Positions 7,872 through 17,658 of a stretch of 64,000 bases of DNA are shown piece after piece. The notes under the pieces are model-generated. The model worked only from the letters and a program-made list of their open reading frames with translations, did not search any database and had not been told where the DNA came from. The stretch comes from Candidatus Eiseniibacteriota bacterium (GTDB taxonomy: Bacteria; Eisenbacteria; RBG-16-71-46). Both the position numbers and the translations under genes were made by a program. The stretch lies in assembly GCA_044223005.1 (NCBI GenBank), contig JBGAML010000011.1:9169-73168 (forward strand), read 5' to 3'. The first letter of the stretch is position 1. Every line of letters begins with the position of its first letter.

Positions 7872-10471
7872 ACCCGAAATCGAGAGCGGCCGCACTGGTT
7901 TCGTTCGCCGTGCTGGCCATCTCCGCGGTGGTCTATTTCCTGACGCTCACCCCGACCGTGCCGTTCTGGGATTCGGGCGAGTTCATCGCGGTCTCGAACA
8001 TCCTCGGGATCCCGCATCCCCCGGGAACGCCGTTCTTCGTCCTGATCGGTCGCGTCGCGACGCTGATCCCGTACCTGCCGTCCATCGCGCAGCGCGTGAA
8101 CGGCGTGTCGGCGATCTCCGCGGCCCTCGCGGTCTTCTTCACCTACCTGAGCATCCTGCGCATGGCGCGGATGGCGCAGGGTGGAAATCGCCAGCCGTGG
8201 CACGAGTGGGCGGCGATCGCCGGCGCGGCGTGCGGCGCCCTGATGCTCGCCTTCAGCGACAACTTCTGGGAGAACTCGATCGAAGCCGAGGTCTACCAGA
8301 TGATGAGCCTCGCCTCGATCATCGTGTTCTGGCTCGGCCTCAAGTGGTGGGACGAGCACGACGTCAAGCCCACCGTGGCGCCGCTGCTCGTCGCGACCTA
8401 CGTGATGTGGCTGAGCGTCGGCCTGCACCTCGGCGTGGGGGTCATGGGCGCGCCGCTGCTCGTGCTCGTCGCGATGGTCGACTGGCGCGTGGCGATGCTC
8501 TTCCTGATGCCCTTCCTCTCCCTGCTGCGCGTGCCCGCCGGGCTCGAGCACATGGCCGGCGCCGTGCTCATGCTGAGCGTGGTCCAGAACATCTGGTTCG
8601 CCTCCAAGGGCAAGCTGCCGGGCTGGATGCTGGCGATCAACATCGTCGGCAGCGCCGTCGGCGTGTACTTCGCCGAGAGCGACGCCACGTTCACGCCCGT
8701 CGCCGCCGGGTTCGCGACGATCGCGCTGCTGGGACCGTGGCTCTGGATGGCCCCGAAGCACCGCGAGGGCCGCATCCTGCTGCTCCTGCTGCTGCTGATG
8801 GTCGCCGGCTACTCGACGCACCTCTACCTGCCGATCCGCGCCGGGCTGCATCCGGCGATCAACGAGGGTGCGCCCGCGACGTGGGACCGCCTGCGCGACC
8901 TGCTCGAGCGCAAGCAGTACGGCGAGATGAACATGTTCGTCCGCCGCGCCCCGCTCGAGGCGCAGCTCAACAAGGAGTTCTGGCGCTACTTCAGCCGCCA
9001 GTGGCCGGTCATCCCGAACGGCGCCGTGCCGTGGAGCGCGCTGCTCCCGCTCGCGCTCGGCCTCGCCGGGGCGCTGTGGCAGGGCATGAAGGAGAAGAAG
9101 GGGTGGTGGTACAACTTCGTCTTCTTCGGCCTGAACACCGCGGGCCTGATCGTGTTCCTGAACTTCACCGACCACGAGGTGCGCGACCGCGACTACTTCT
9201 TCCAGAGCGGCTACCACGCGTACGCGATCTGGATCGGGCTCGGCGTCGTCTGGCTCGTCGGCTGGATCCGCGAATCGTTCGCCGACGACCGGGGCAAGAA
9301 CCTGGCGACGTTCGCCTCGGCGGGCCTGCTGTGCCTGCAGCCCTTCCTGCTCATGAACAACCTGTGGTTCCGGCACGATCGCAGCCACAACTTCGTCGCG
9401 CGCGACTACGCGTACGATATGCTCGCGCCGCTCGCGCCGAACTCGTTCGTGTTCACGAACGGCGACAACGACACGTTCCCGCTCTGGTACATCCAGCAGG
9501 TCGAGAACTTCCGCAAGGACGTCCGCGTCGTGAACCTGAGCCTGCTCAACACGGACTGGTACATCCGGCAGCTGCGGGACGAAGACCCGAAGGTCCCGAT
9601 CAAGCTCGACGACCGGACCGTGGACGCGCTCGGCGTGGGCGCGTTCCAGGACGAGAACGGGCGGATCATCTACACGAACGAGTTCATGGTGCACCACATC
9701 CTCGAGCAGTGCCGGAACGCCGACGGGACGTGGAAGCACCAGCCGTACTTCGCGGTGACCGTGCCCGAGCACTACGGCTACGACCCGTTCTTCGCGCTGC
9801 AGGGCCTCGTCTACGAGGTGAAGACCGACAGCACGAAGGCCGGGCTCGACGTGGCCGCGACGCGCAAGGCGCTCTACGAGACGTTCCTCTACCGCGGGCT
9901 CTTCAAGTCCGACGGCTCGTGGGACTCCACCGTCTACAAGGACGAGAACTCCGAGACGCTGTCGCGCAACTTCGCGGCGGCGCACCTGCAGCTCGCGCTC
10001 TACGCGCGCAATCACGGCGACTACGCCGGCGCGATCGCCGAGATGGAGCGCATCGCGCGGATGTTCCCGACCTTCTACGAACTCCAGGTGCCGCTCGGCC
10101 GCTTCTACCTCGAGGCGGGGGACACGACCAAGGCGATGGAGCTGTTCGCGCATCTCGCCGCCGTGAGCCCGAACGACCCCGAGGTGCGCTACAACAACGG
10201 CGCCGGGCAGGCGATGCGCGGGCATCTCGAGATCGCCCTGCGCGAGTTCGACGCCGCGATCCAGCTCGATCCCGAGTTCCCGCAGCCCTACTACGCCGCA
10301 TTCTCGATGCTGCGGTCGGCGGGGCAGCATGAACGGGCCCTGCAGTACCTGCAGCGCTGGGTGGACTCGCATCCGGGCGACCGCGAGGCGTTGCAGCTGC
10401 TCGCGGCCGAACGCGCGCAGCTCGGCGTGCGCGTGCCGCAGAACACGCCGCCGCCGGTGGCGGTGCCGTAG
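7868..10471 (+). CDS. DUF2723 (TMEM260-like) GT-C glycosyltransferase with C-terminal TPRs; putative protein O-mannosyltransferase
   Basis: TLTPTVPFWDSGEFI..LGIPHPPGTP, EAEVY, EVRDRDYFF, FTNGDNDTFPLWY, RVVNLSLLNTDWY; many TM helices; TPR tail. Confidence 0.88.
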   Translation: MNPKSRAAALVSFAVLAISAVVYFLTLTPTVPFWDSGEFIAVSNILGIPHPPGTPFFVLIGRVATLIPYLPSIAQRVNGVSAISAALAVFFTYLSILRMARMAQGGNRQPWHEWAAIAGAACGALMLAFSDNFWENSIEAEVYQMMSLASIIVFWLGLKWWDEHDVKPTVAPLLVATYVMWLSVGLHLGVGVMGAPLLVLVAMVDWRVAMLFLMPFLSLLRVPAGLEHMAGAVLMLSVVQNIWFASKGKLPGWMLAINIVGSAVGVYFAESDATFTPVAAGFATIALLGPWLWMAPKHREGRILLLLLLLMVAGYSTHLYLPIRAGLHPAINEGAPATWDRLRDLLERKQYGEMNMFVRRAPLEAQLNKEFWRYFSRQWPVIPNGAVPWSALLPLALGLAGALWQGMKEKKGWWYNFVFFGLNTAGLIVFLNFTDHEVRDRDYFFQSGYHAYAIWIGLGVVWLVGWIRESFADDRGKNLATFASAGLLCLQPFLLMNNLWFRHDRSHNFVARDYAYDMLAPLAPNSFVFTNGDNDTFPLWYIQQVENFRKDVRVVNLSLLNTDWYIRQLRDEDPKVPIKLDDRTVDALGVGAFQDENGRIIYTNEFMVHHILEQCRNADGTWKHQPYFAVTVPEHYGYDPFFALQGLVYEVKTDSTKAGLDVAATRKALYETFLYRGLFKSDGSWDSTVYKDENSETLSRNFAAAHLQLALYARNHGDYAGAIAEMERIARMFPTFYELQVPLGRFYLEAGDTTKAMELFAHLAAVSPNDPEVRYNNGAGQAMRGHLEIALREFDAAIQLDPEFPQPYYAAFSMLRSAGQHERALQYLQRWVDSHPGDREALQLLAAERAQLGVRVPQNTPPPVAVP

Positions 10472-10481
10472 CGGAGCGCGC

Positions 10482-11435
10482 ATGCCGACCCGTGCACTGG
10501 TGACCGGGGCCGCCGGCTTCATCGGCTCGACGCTGTCCGAGCGACTGCTCGCGGACGGCGTCGCCGTGACCGGGGTCGACTGCTTCACCGACTACTACGA
10601 TCCGGCGCTCAAGCGGAAGAACCTCGAGGCCGCGATGCGCCACCCGGCGTTCCGGCTGCTCGAGCTGGACCTCGGCGACGCCGACCTGAAGGCGCTGCCG
10701 GACGTCGACGTCGTGTTCCACCAGGCCGCGCAGGCCGGTGTGCGCGCGTCGTGGGGGCGCGAGTTCTCCACCTACGTGCACCACAACATCCTCGCGACGC
10801 AGCGTCTGCTCGAACGCTATCGCGACGCGAAGCTCGAACGGTTCGTGTACGCCTCGTCGTCGTCGGTGTACGGCGACGCCGAGAAGTACCCGACCGACGA
10901 GCAGCTCCTGCCGCGCCCCTTCTCGCCGTACGGCGTCTCCAAGCTGGCGGGCGAGCACCTCGTCCTGCTCTACGGCCGCAACTTCGGCCTGAACGTGGCG
11001 GCGCTGCGCTACTTCACGGTCTACGGACCGCGCCAGCGCCCCGACATGGCGTTCCACAAGTTCTGCAAGGCGATGCTGCGCGGCGAGGAGATCCCGGTCT
11101 ACGGCGACGGCAGGCAGTCGCGCGACTTCACGTTCATCGACGACGCGATCGAAGCCAACGTGCGCGCGTGGAAGCGCAGCGCGCCGCAGGGCGTCTACAA
11201 CATCGGCGGCGGCTCGCAGGTCGAGGTCGTCGAGGCGATCGCGATCCTCGAGAAGGCGCTCGGCGTGAAGGCGAAGGTGCGCTTCGAGCCGCGGCCGCCC
11301 GGCGATCCGCTGCGCACGCGCGCGGACGCGAGCCGGCTGCAGGCCGACCTCGACTACGCGACGCGCGTGAGCATCGAGGACGGCCTCGCGGCCGAAGCCG
11401 CGTGGTCGCGAACCCTCTACGGGAGCGGTGCATGA
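10482..11435 (+). CDS. NAD-dependent nucleotide-sugar epimerase (UDP-glucuronate 4-epimerase-like)
   Basis: TGAAGFIG, AAQAGVR, ASSSSVYG, YGVSK, RYFTVYGPRQRPDMAF. Confidence 0.9.
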   Translation: MPTRALVTGAAGFIGSTLSERLLADGVAVTGVDCFTDYYDPALKRKNLEAAMRHPAFRLLELDLGDADLKALPDVDVVFHQAAQAGVRASWGREFSTYVHHNILATQRLLERYRDAKLERFVYASSSSVYGDAEKYPTDEQLLPRPFSPYGVSKLAGEHLVLLYGRNFGLNVAALRYFTVYGPRQRPDMAFHKFCKAMLRGEEIPVYGDGRQSRDFTFIDDAIEANVRAWKRSAPQGVYNIGGGSQVEVVEAIAILEKALGVKAKVRFEPRPPGDPLRTRADASRLQADLDYATRVSIEDGLAAEAAWSRTLYGSGA

Positions 11436-12370
11436 GCGAGACCCCGCGCATCTCCGCGGTCGTACCGGCGTACAACGAGGCCGAGAGCCTCGGTGAGATG
11501 CATCGCGAACTCACGGCCGGGCTGGACGCGCTCGGGATGCCGTGGGAGATCCTCTACGTGGACGACGGTTCGCGCGACGGCAGCGACCAGGTGATCGAGT
11601 CGCTCTGCAAGGCCGACCCGCGCGTGCGCGGGATCCTGCTGCGCCGCAACTTCGGCAAGTCGGCCGCGCTGGCGACCGCGTTCCGCAACGTGCGCGGCGA
11701 GTTCGTGGCCACGCTCGACGCCGACCTGCAGGACGATCCGGCCGAGCTTCCGCGCCTGATGGCGGCGCTCGAGAACGGGCTGGACCTCGTCTCCGGGTGG
11801 AAGGTGAAGCGCCACGACCCGTGGACGAAGCGCTTCCCGTCGAAGGTCTTCAACGCGGTCGCCTCGCGCGTCGCGGGCGTCACGCTCCACGACTTCAACT
11901 GCGGCTTCAAGCTCTACCGCCGCGAAGTGACCGACTCGCTCGAGGTCTACGGCGAGCTGCACCGCGTGCTGCCGGCGCTCGCGCACTGGCGAGGGTTCCG
12001 CGTCGGAGAGCTCGGCGTGAACCACCGCGCGCGCAAGTTCGGCAAATCGAAATTCGGCGCCGCACGGTTCGTCAACGGTTTCCTCGACCTGACCGCCGCC
12101 GCGTTCATCTCGACCTCGGCCCTCAAGCCGCTGCACGTCTTCGGGCGCATCGGCGCGGTGTTCCTCCTCGCGGGCCTCGGGCTCGGCGCGTGGTTCGTCG
12201 CGCAGTGGCTGCACGGCGATCCGCTGCGCGTGCGGCCGCTCATGCTGCTCGGCGTCGGCTGCATCCTGCTCGCGATCCAGTTCATCCTGATGGGCCTGCT
12301 CGGGGAGATGATCGCGCACCAGAACGCGCGTGCCGACTACCCCGTGCGCAAGCGCTTCAACCTGGAGTGA
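11432..12370 (+). CDS. GT2 polyprenol-phosphate glycosyltransferase (ArnC/GtrB-like)
   Basis: VPAYNE, VDDGSRD, RNFGKSAAL, LDADLQDDP, DFNCGFKLYR, two C-terminal TM helices. Confidence 0.9.
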   Translation: MSETPRISAVVPAYNEAESLGEMHRELTAGLDALGMPWEILYVDDGSRDGSDQVIESLCKADPRVRGILLRRNFGKSAALATAFRNVRGEFVATLDADLQDDPAELPRLMAALENGLDLVSGWKVKRHDPWTKRFPSKVFNAVASRVAGVTLHDFNCGFKLYRREVTDSLEVYGELHRVLPALAHWRGFRVGELGVNHRARKFGKSKFGAARFVNGFLDLTAAAFISTSALKPLHVFGRIGAVFLLAGLGLGAWFVAQWLHGDPLRVRPLMLLGVGCILLAIQFILMGLLGEMIAHQNARADYPVRKRFNLE

Positions 12371-12372
12371 AC

Positions 12373-13062
12373 GTGAAGGCCTTCGTGCTGGCGGGAGGGC
12401 TGGGCACCCGGCTGCGCCCCCGGTTCGGGGACCTGCCCAAGCCGCTCGCGCCCCTCGGTGGGCGTCCGTTCCTGGCGCGGCAGCTCGAGTGGCTGCGCGG
12501 CAAGGGCATCCTGCGCGCGGTGATCCTCGCGGGTTACGGCGCCGAACAGGTACGCGAGGCACTGGGCGATGGCGCCGCGCTGGGCATGTCGATCGAGTAC
12601 TCGATCGAGGAGACGCCGCTCGGGACGGGGGGCGCGCTCAAGCTGGCGCAGCGCTTCGTCGACGGCCCCGTACTCGTCGTGAACGGCGACACGCTGGGCG
12701 AAGCCGATCCATGGGCGCTCGAGCGCGATCGCTGGGAACACGGCGCGATCGCCGGCGTCGCGCTGTACCGTGTCGAGGACGCGGCCGCGCGCGGCCGGGT
12801 CGACATCGACGGTCCGCGCGTCACGCGCTTCGTCGAGAAGGATCCGGACTACCGCGGCGCCGCGTGGGTGAACGGCGGCCAGTACGCATTCGCGCCGTCG
12901 CTCTGGCGGCTGCTGCCCGAGGGCCCCAGTTCGCTGGAGCGCGACGTCCTGCCGCGCCTCGCGGCCGAGGGCCGCGTGATCGGCGCGCGCTGCCCGGGCC
13001 GCTTCTGGGACATCGGCACGCCCGAGGACTTCGAGCGGGCGGAACGGGAGATGCACGCATGA
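12373..13062 (+). CDS. hddC: Sugar-1-phosphate nucleotidyltransferase, HddC-like (heptose-1-P guanylyltransferase)
   Basis: LAGGLGTRL..PKPL, EETPLGTGGA, VNGDT, FWDIGTPED; adjacent to a HddA-like kinase. Confidence 0.7.
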   Translation: MKAFVLAGGLGTRLRPRFGDLPKPLAPLGGRPFLARQLEWLRGKGILRAVILAGYGAEQVREALGDGAALGMSIEYSIEETPLGTGGALKLAQRFVDGPVLVVNGDTLGEADPWALERDRWEHGAIAGVALYRVEDAAARGRVDIDGPRVTRFVEKDPDYRGAAWVNGGQYAFAPSLWRLLPEGPSSLERDVLPRLAAEGRVIGARCPGRFWDIGTPEDFERAEREMHA

Positions 13063-14093
13063 AGCCGACCACGCAGCGCTACTACCGCGCCCGCGCGCCG
13101 CTGCGCCTGTCGTTCTGTGGCGGCGGGACCGACGTGTCCCCGTATCCGGAGGAGCACGGCGGCTGCGTGCTCTCGGCGACCATCAACCACTACGCCACCG
13201 CTTCGCTGCGTCCGCGCCGCGACGCGCGGCTGACGCTGGCGAGCCTCGACTACGACATGGTCGCCAAGTACGACCATCCGCGGCGTCTTCGGTTCGACGG
13301 TCAGCTCGACCTGCTCAAGGCCGCCGTGCGCGCGCTCAAGGTGAAGCGAGGCGCCGAGCTCTGGACCCAGTCCGACGCGCCGCCCGGGTCGGGCCTCGGC
13401 GCGTCGAGCACCCTGATGGTGGCGCTGATCGGCGTGCTGTCGGAGTGGACGCGGCTCGAACTCTCGCCTTACGACGTCGCGAGCCTCGCGTACCGCGTCG
13501 AACGCGTCGACCTGAAGCTCGCGGGCGGCCGCCAGGACCAGTACGCGGCCGCGTTCGGGGGCTTCAACTTCATCGAGTTCGGCCGCGACGCCACGGTCGT
13601 GACGCCGCTCAAGCTGCGGCGCGACACGCTGGCCGAACTCGAGTACCGGCTGCTGCTCTGCTACATGGGCCAGACGCGCCAGAGCGCGAAGATCATCGAG
13701 CGCCAGACCCGCTCGTACGTCGAGGGCAGGCCCGAAACGGTCGCGGCGCTCGACGCGCTCAAGGCCCAGACACTCGAGATGAAGCGCGCCCTGCTGCTCG
13801 GGCAGATCGACGGTTTCGGCGAACTGCTGCACCGCGCGTGGGAGCACAAGAAGCACCTCGACGCGGGCATCTCGAACCCGCAGGTCGACAAGCTCTACCA
13901 GCTCGCGCGCAAGGAAGGAGCGATCGGCGGCAAGATGACCGGCGCCGGCGGCGGCGGTTACTTCCTGTTCCTCACGCGGTTCGATCGCCGGCACCGCGTG
14001 GCCGCGGCGCTCGAGCGCCACGGCGGCCAGGTCGTGCCCTTCCAGTTCGAGCCGCGCGGGGTGCAGACCTGGTCGGTGGCCCGCGAGCGCTGA
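13059..14093 (+). CDS. hddA: GHMP sugar kinase, HddA-like (D-glycero-alpha-D-manno-heptose-7-P kinase)
   Basis: RAPLRLSFCGGGTDV, PPGSGLGASS, GGRQDQYAAAFGGFNFIEF, GGKMTGAGGGG. Confidence 0.82.
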   Translation: MKPTTQRYYRARAPLRLSFCGGGTDVSPYPEEHGGCVLSATINHYATASLRPRRDARLTLASLDYDMVAKYDHPRRLRFDGQLDLLKAAVRALKVKRGAELWTQSDAPPGSGLGASSTLMVALIGVLSEWTRLELSPYDVASLAYRVERVDLKLAGGRQDQYAAAFGGFNFIEFGRDATVVTPLKLRRDTLAELEYRLLLCYMGQTRQSAKIIERQTRSYVEGRPETVAALDALKAQTLEMKRALLLGQIDGFGELLHRAWEHKKHLDAGISNPQVDKLYQLARKEGAIGGKMTGAGGGGYFLFLTRFDRRHRVAAALERHGGQVVPFQFEPRGVQTWSVARER

Positions 14094-14106
14094 CCGCCGA
14101 GGCGCG

Positions 14107-15279
14107 ATGAACGTGACGCCCCCACGCACCGACGCCCGCCGCATCGGCCTGCTCGGGCCGCTGCATCCCTGGCGCGGCGGACTCGCGCAGTACCTGCAGC
14201 TGCTCGGCGAGGCGCTCGAAGCGCACGCCGACGTGCGCGCGGTCACGTTCACGCGGCAGTACCCGGACTTCCTGTTCCCGGGCACGAGCCAGTTCGATCC
14301 CGACGCTCCGCGGCCGCGCTTCCCGACCGAGGCGATCGTCGATTCGATCGGCCCGTGGTCGTGGCGCCGCGCGGCCGCGCACCTCGAGCGCTTCGCACCG
14401 GGCGCGGTGGTGCTCAAGTGGTGGATGCCGTTCTTCGCGCCCGCGTTCGCGTCGAGCGTCGGGCCGCTGCGCCGCCGCGGCACGCGCGTCGTGCTCGTCT
14501 GCGACAACCTCGTGCCGCACGAACCGCGTTTCTTCGACCCCGCGTTCTCGGCGTGGATGATGCGCAACTCCGACGGCTACCTCGTCATGTCCGACTCGGT
14601 CGAAGCCGACCTCGACCGGCTCAAGCGCGGCGCCCCGCGGCGGCGCGTGCCGCATCCGTTCTACGCCCAGTTCGATCGCGGCCGGCACACGCGCGACTCC
14701 GCACGGGCCGCGCTCGGGCTGACCGGCGACGTGGCGCTCTTCTTCGGCTACATCCGCCACTACAAGGGCCTCGACACGCTGTTGCAGGCGTGGCCGCGCG
14801 TGCGCGAACGCCGCCCGGGCGCGACGCTGGTCGTGGCGGGGGAGTCCTACGAGGACGCGGCGCCCTACCGGGCGCTCGTGAACGCGGCGGGCGAGGGTGC
14901 GGTACGCTGGCTGGACCGCTACATCCCGGACGAGGAGGTCGAGGCCCTGTTCCGCGCCGCGGACGTCACCGTGCTGCCCTACCGGAGCGCCACGCAGAGC
15001 GGCGTCACCCACGTCGCGTACGCGCTCGGCTGTCCCGTGATCGCGACGCGCGTCGGCGGCATCGCCGAGACCGTCCGCGACGGCGAGACCGGCCTCACCT
15101 GCGCGCCCGAGGACCCGGCGGCGCTCGCGGACACGATCGTCCGCTTCTTCGCCGAGGGCCTGCGCCCGGCCATGGCGCCGCACATCGCCGCGCTGCAGGC
15201 CCAGCACTCGTGGGAGGCGCTCGCGGCGTCCACGGTGGATCTCGTGACCGAGCTGGCGCCCGGGAGGGGCTGGTCGTGA
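14107..15279 (+). CDS. Glycosyltransferase family 4
   Basis: HPWRGGLAQY, FFGYIRHYKGLD, LPYRSATQSGV, VGGIAETV. Confidence 0.9.
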   Translation: MNVTPPRTDARRIGLLGPLHPWRGGLAQYLQLLGEALEAHADVRAVTFTRQYPDFLFPGTSQFDPDAPRPRFPTEAIVDSIGPWSWRRAAAHLERFAPGAVVLKWWMPFFAPAFASSVGPLRRRGTRVVLVCDNLVPHEPRFFDPAFSAWMMRNSDGYLVMSDSVEADLDRLKRGAPRRRVPHPFYAQFDRGRHTRDSARAALGLTGDVALFFGYIRHYKGLDTLLQAWPRVRERRPGATLVVAGESYEDAAPYRALVNAAGEGAVRWLDRYIPDEEVEALFRAADVTVLPYRSATQSGVTHVAYALGCPVIATRVGGIAETVRDGETGLTCAPEDPAALADTIVRFFAEGLRPAMAPHIAALQAQHSWEALAASTVDLVTELAPGRGWS

Positions 15280-16085
15280 ACGAGATGCGCGAGCGCGTCC
15301 GCCGCCACACCGAGCGCAACGAACTCCCGTACCGCCCGCGCGGCGAACACCACACGCGGCTCGAGGCGTTCAGTGACGCCGTGCTCGCGTTCGCGATGAC
15401 GCTGAGCGTGCTCTCGCTCGAGATCCCGCACGATTCGCAGGAGCTGGTCCACCTCTTCCGCTCGCTGCCCTCGTTCCTGCTCACGTTCGGCGTTCTCTTC
15501 GGCGTCTGGACGGCCATGAATCGCTGGTGCCGCCGCTTCGGGCTCGAGGACACGCGTACGATCTGGACGTTCGGGGCGATCCTGTTCATCGTCGTCTTCT
15601 ACACCTATCCGCTCAAGTTCCTCGCCGCCGCGCGGCTGGACTCCCTGTTCGGCGCCCACACCGTGGAGATGCGGACCGAGGACAGCGGTGCCGTCCTCGC
15701 CCTCTACGGCGTGGGCTACGGCGTGCTCTGCCTGCTCTTCTGGAGCCTCTACCGGCACGCGTGGAGCCTGCGCGACGTGCTGGAACTGGACGAGCCCGAA
15801 CGCCTCGACACGCAGTTGCAGATGCGCTCGTGGCTCGGCTCGTCCGGGTTCGGCGTGCTGCTGGTCGCGCTGCTGCCGATGCCCGCGCTGCGCCTGGTCG
15901 CAAAGGGTCCGCGGATCGCGATCGTGCTCGTGGTGCTGGCCGTGATGCTGGGTTGGACCGCCGTGTTCTTCCGCAATCTGGCGCGGATCCAGGCCGAGAA
16001 GAAGCGCTTCCTCGCCGGGTGGCGCGCCCGGGAGGCCGCGGCGGCCGCGAGTCCCGGCGCGCGATCGGAGGCCAGCCATGGCTGA
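15276..16085 (+). CDS. TMEM175 (DUF1211) family potassium channel
   Basis: RLEAFSDAVLAFAMTL (RxxxFSD signature) and about 6 TM helices; GTGA overlap. Confidence 0.8.
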   Translation: MNEMRERVRRHTERNELPYRPRGEHHTRLEAFSDAVLAFAMTLSVLSLEIPHDSQELVHLFRSLPSFLLTFGVLFGVWTAMNRWCRRFGLEDTRTIWTFGAILFIVVFYTYPLKFLAAARLDSLFGAHTVEMRTEDSGAVLALYGVGYGVLCLLFWSLYRHAWSLRDVLELDEPERLDTQLQMRSWLGSSGFGVLLVALLPMPALRLVAKGPRIAIVLVVLAVMLGWTAVFFRNLARIQAEKKRFLAGWRAREAAAAASPGARSEASHG

Positions 16086-17658
16086 TCCGCACCGCGCTCC
16101 GACCCGCCGTACCACGCGACTCGTCGCGCTCGCGGCGTTCCTCGTCTTCGCGCTGACCGGCGGCGGCCGCATCTCGGGCAGCGACGAGGTGACCATGTTC
16201 GAGCTCTCGCGCGCGCTGCTGCACGGCCGGATCGACGTCCCGCCGGGCGCGACGCTGCAGGGACCCGACGGGCGCACGTACAGCAAGAACACGGCGGGGC
16301 AGGCGGTGCTCGCGCTGCCGCTCGTGGCGGTCGCCGAAGGCGCCGCGAAGGCGGCGCGCTTCCGCGACGAGAAGGCGGTGCTCGCCGCGCGCTTCGTCGC
16401 GTCGTTCTTCAACGCCGGCGTCGCCGCGGTGCTGCTCGCTGCGCTGTACGCATTCGCACGCCGGCTCGGCGTGCGCGCGAAACCGGCGCTGGCCGCGGTC
16501 GCGCTGCTCGGGTTCACGACCCCGATCTGGGTCTACGCCAAGAGCTTCATGGCCGAGCCGCTCGAAGCGCTGGGCCTGACGCTCGCGCTCGGCAACGCCG
16601 CGCTCGCGAGCGCGGGCGGCCCGCAGGCGCTGCCTGACGAGCGCCGGCGGCTGCTGTTCGCCGCGCTCGGCGCGTTCCTCGCGGTGAGCGTCAAGGCGAG
16701 CATGCTGCCGCTCGCGCTCGTCGCGCTGGTGCCGCTGGGCCTGAAGCGCCCCACGCGCTGGCTCGTGCCGCTCGCGGGCGTGGCGCTCGCGCTGGCGGGC
16801 CACCTCGCGTACAACGTCGCGCGTTTCCACGATCCGCTGCAGAGCGGCTACGGCGCGCAGGCGTCGTCGGCCGGGTTCTCGACGCCGCTGCTGGTGGGGC
16901 TCTACGGACTGCTGCTCTCCTCGGGCAAGGGTGTGCTCTGGTTCGCGCCGGCGATCGCGCTCGCGGTGCAGGGCTTCGCCGAGATGCGCCGCCCGCGCGC
17001 GCACTCGTCCGAGCCCCGCCACGGGATCGCCGCGCGCAATGCCGCGCGCGGCATCGCGCTGCTCTGGGCGTTCGGGCTCGTCGAGTTCGGCACGTTCCAG
17101 CACTGGGCGGGCGATGGCTCGTGGGGCCCGCGCTACCTCGTGCCGCTGCTGCCGGCCGCGTTCCTCGCGGTGGCGTTCGCGCTCGAGACCGCGACGCGCG
17201 TGCGCCGCCGCACCGCATGGGCGCTCGGGATCCTCGGCCTGCTCGGCACGCTGGGCGGCGTGGGCGTCTACTACGGCGCCGAGATGCGCTACGTGGGCGA
17301 CTATCCCTACACGCTCGCGCTCGAGGATCCGCGCTTCATGGAGGCGAGCCACTTCAACCCGCGCTGGTCGCCGCTCGCGATGCACTGGCGCATGCTCGGC
17401 GAGGACCTGCTCGCGCACCTGCGTGGCGACCGGCCGCACATCGGCCAGGCCGGCGCGGCCGACCCGCGGCTCGGCGTCTCCGCCGCCGACCAGCAGGCGC
17501 TGGTCGGGGCGATCGACGCCTGGTGGATGTATGCGTCGTACGCCGGGATCCCCTTCGCCCCGCTCGCGCTGGCCGCGTTCGCGCTGCTCGCGGGCGCCGT
17601 GGCCGCGTGGGCCGCAGTGCTGCGCGCCGCCGGGGCCGAGGAGGCGCGCGTCGCGTGA
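16078..17658 (+). CDS. GT-C-type polytopic membrane glycosyltransferase (putative)
   Basis: DE motif after TM1 (SGSDEVTMF), about 10 TM segments, GKGVLWFAP, WGPRYLVP. Confidence 0.7.
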   Translation: MADPHRAPTRRTTRLVALAAFLVFALTGGGRISGSDEVTMFELSRALLHGRIDVPPGATLQGPDGRTYSKNTAGQAVLALPLVAVAEGAAKAARFRDEKAVLAARFVASFFNAGVAAVLLAALYAFARRLGVRAKPALAAVALLGFTTPIWVYAKSFMAEPLEALGLTLALGNAALASAGGPQALPDERRRLLFAALGAFLAVSVKASMLPLALVALVPLGLKRPTRWLVPLAGVALALAGHLAYNVARFHDPLQSGYGAQASSAGFSTPLLVGLYGLLLSSGKGVLWFAPAIALAVQGFAEMRRPRAHSSEPRHGIAARNAARGIALLWAFGLVEFGTFQHWAGDGSWGPRYLVPLLPAAFLAVAFALETATRVRRRTAWALGILGLLGTLGGVGVYYGAEMRYVGDYPYTLALEDPRFMEASHFNPRWSPLAMHWRMLGEDLLAHLRGDRPHIGQAGAADPRLGVSAADQQALVGAIDAWWMYASYAGIPFAPLALAAFALLAGAVAAWAAVLRAAGAEEARVA

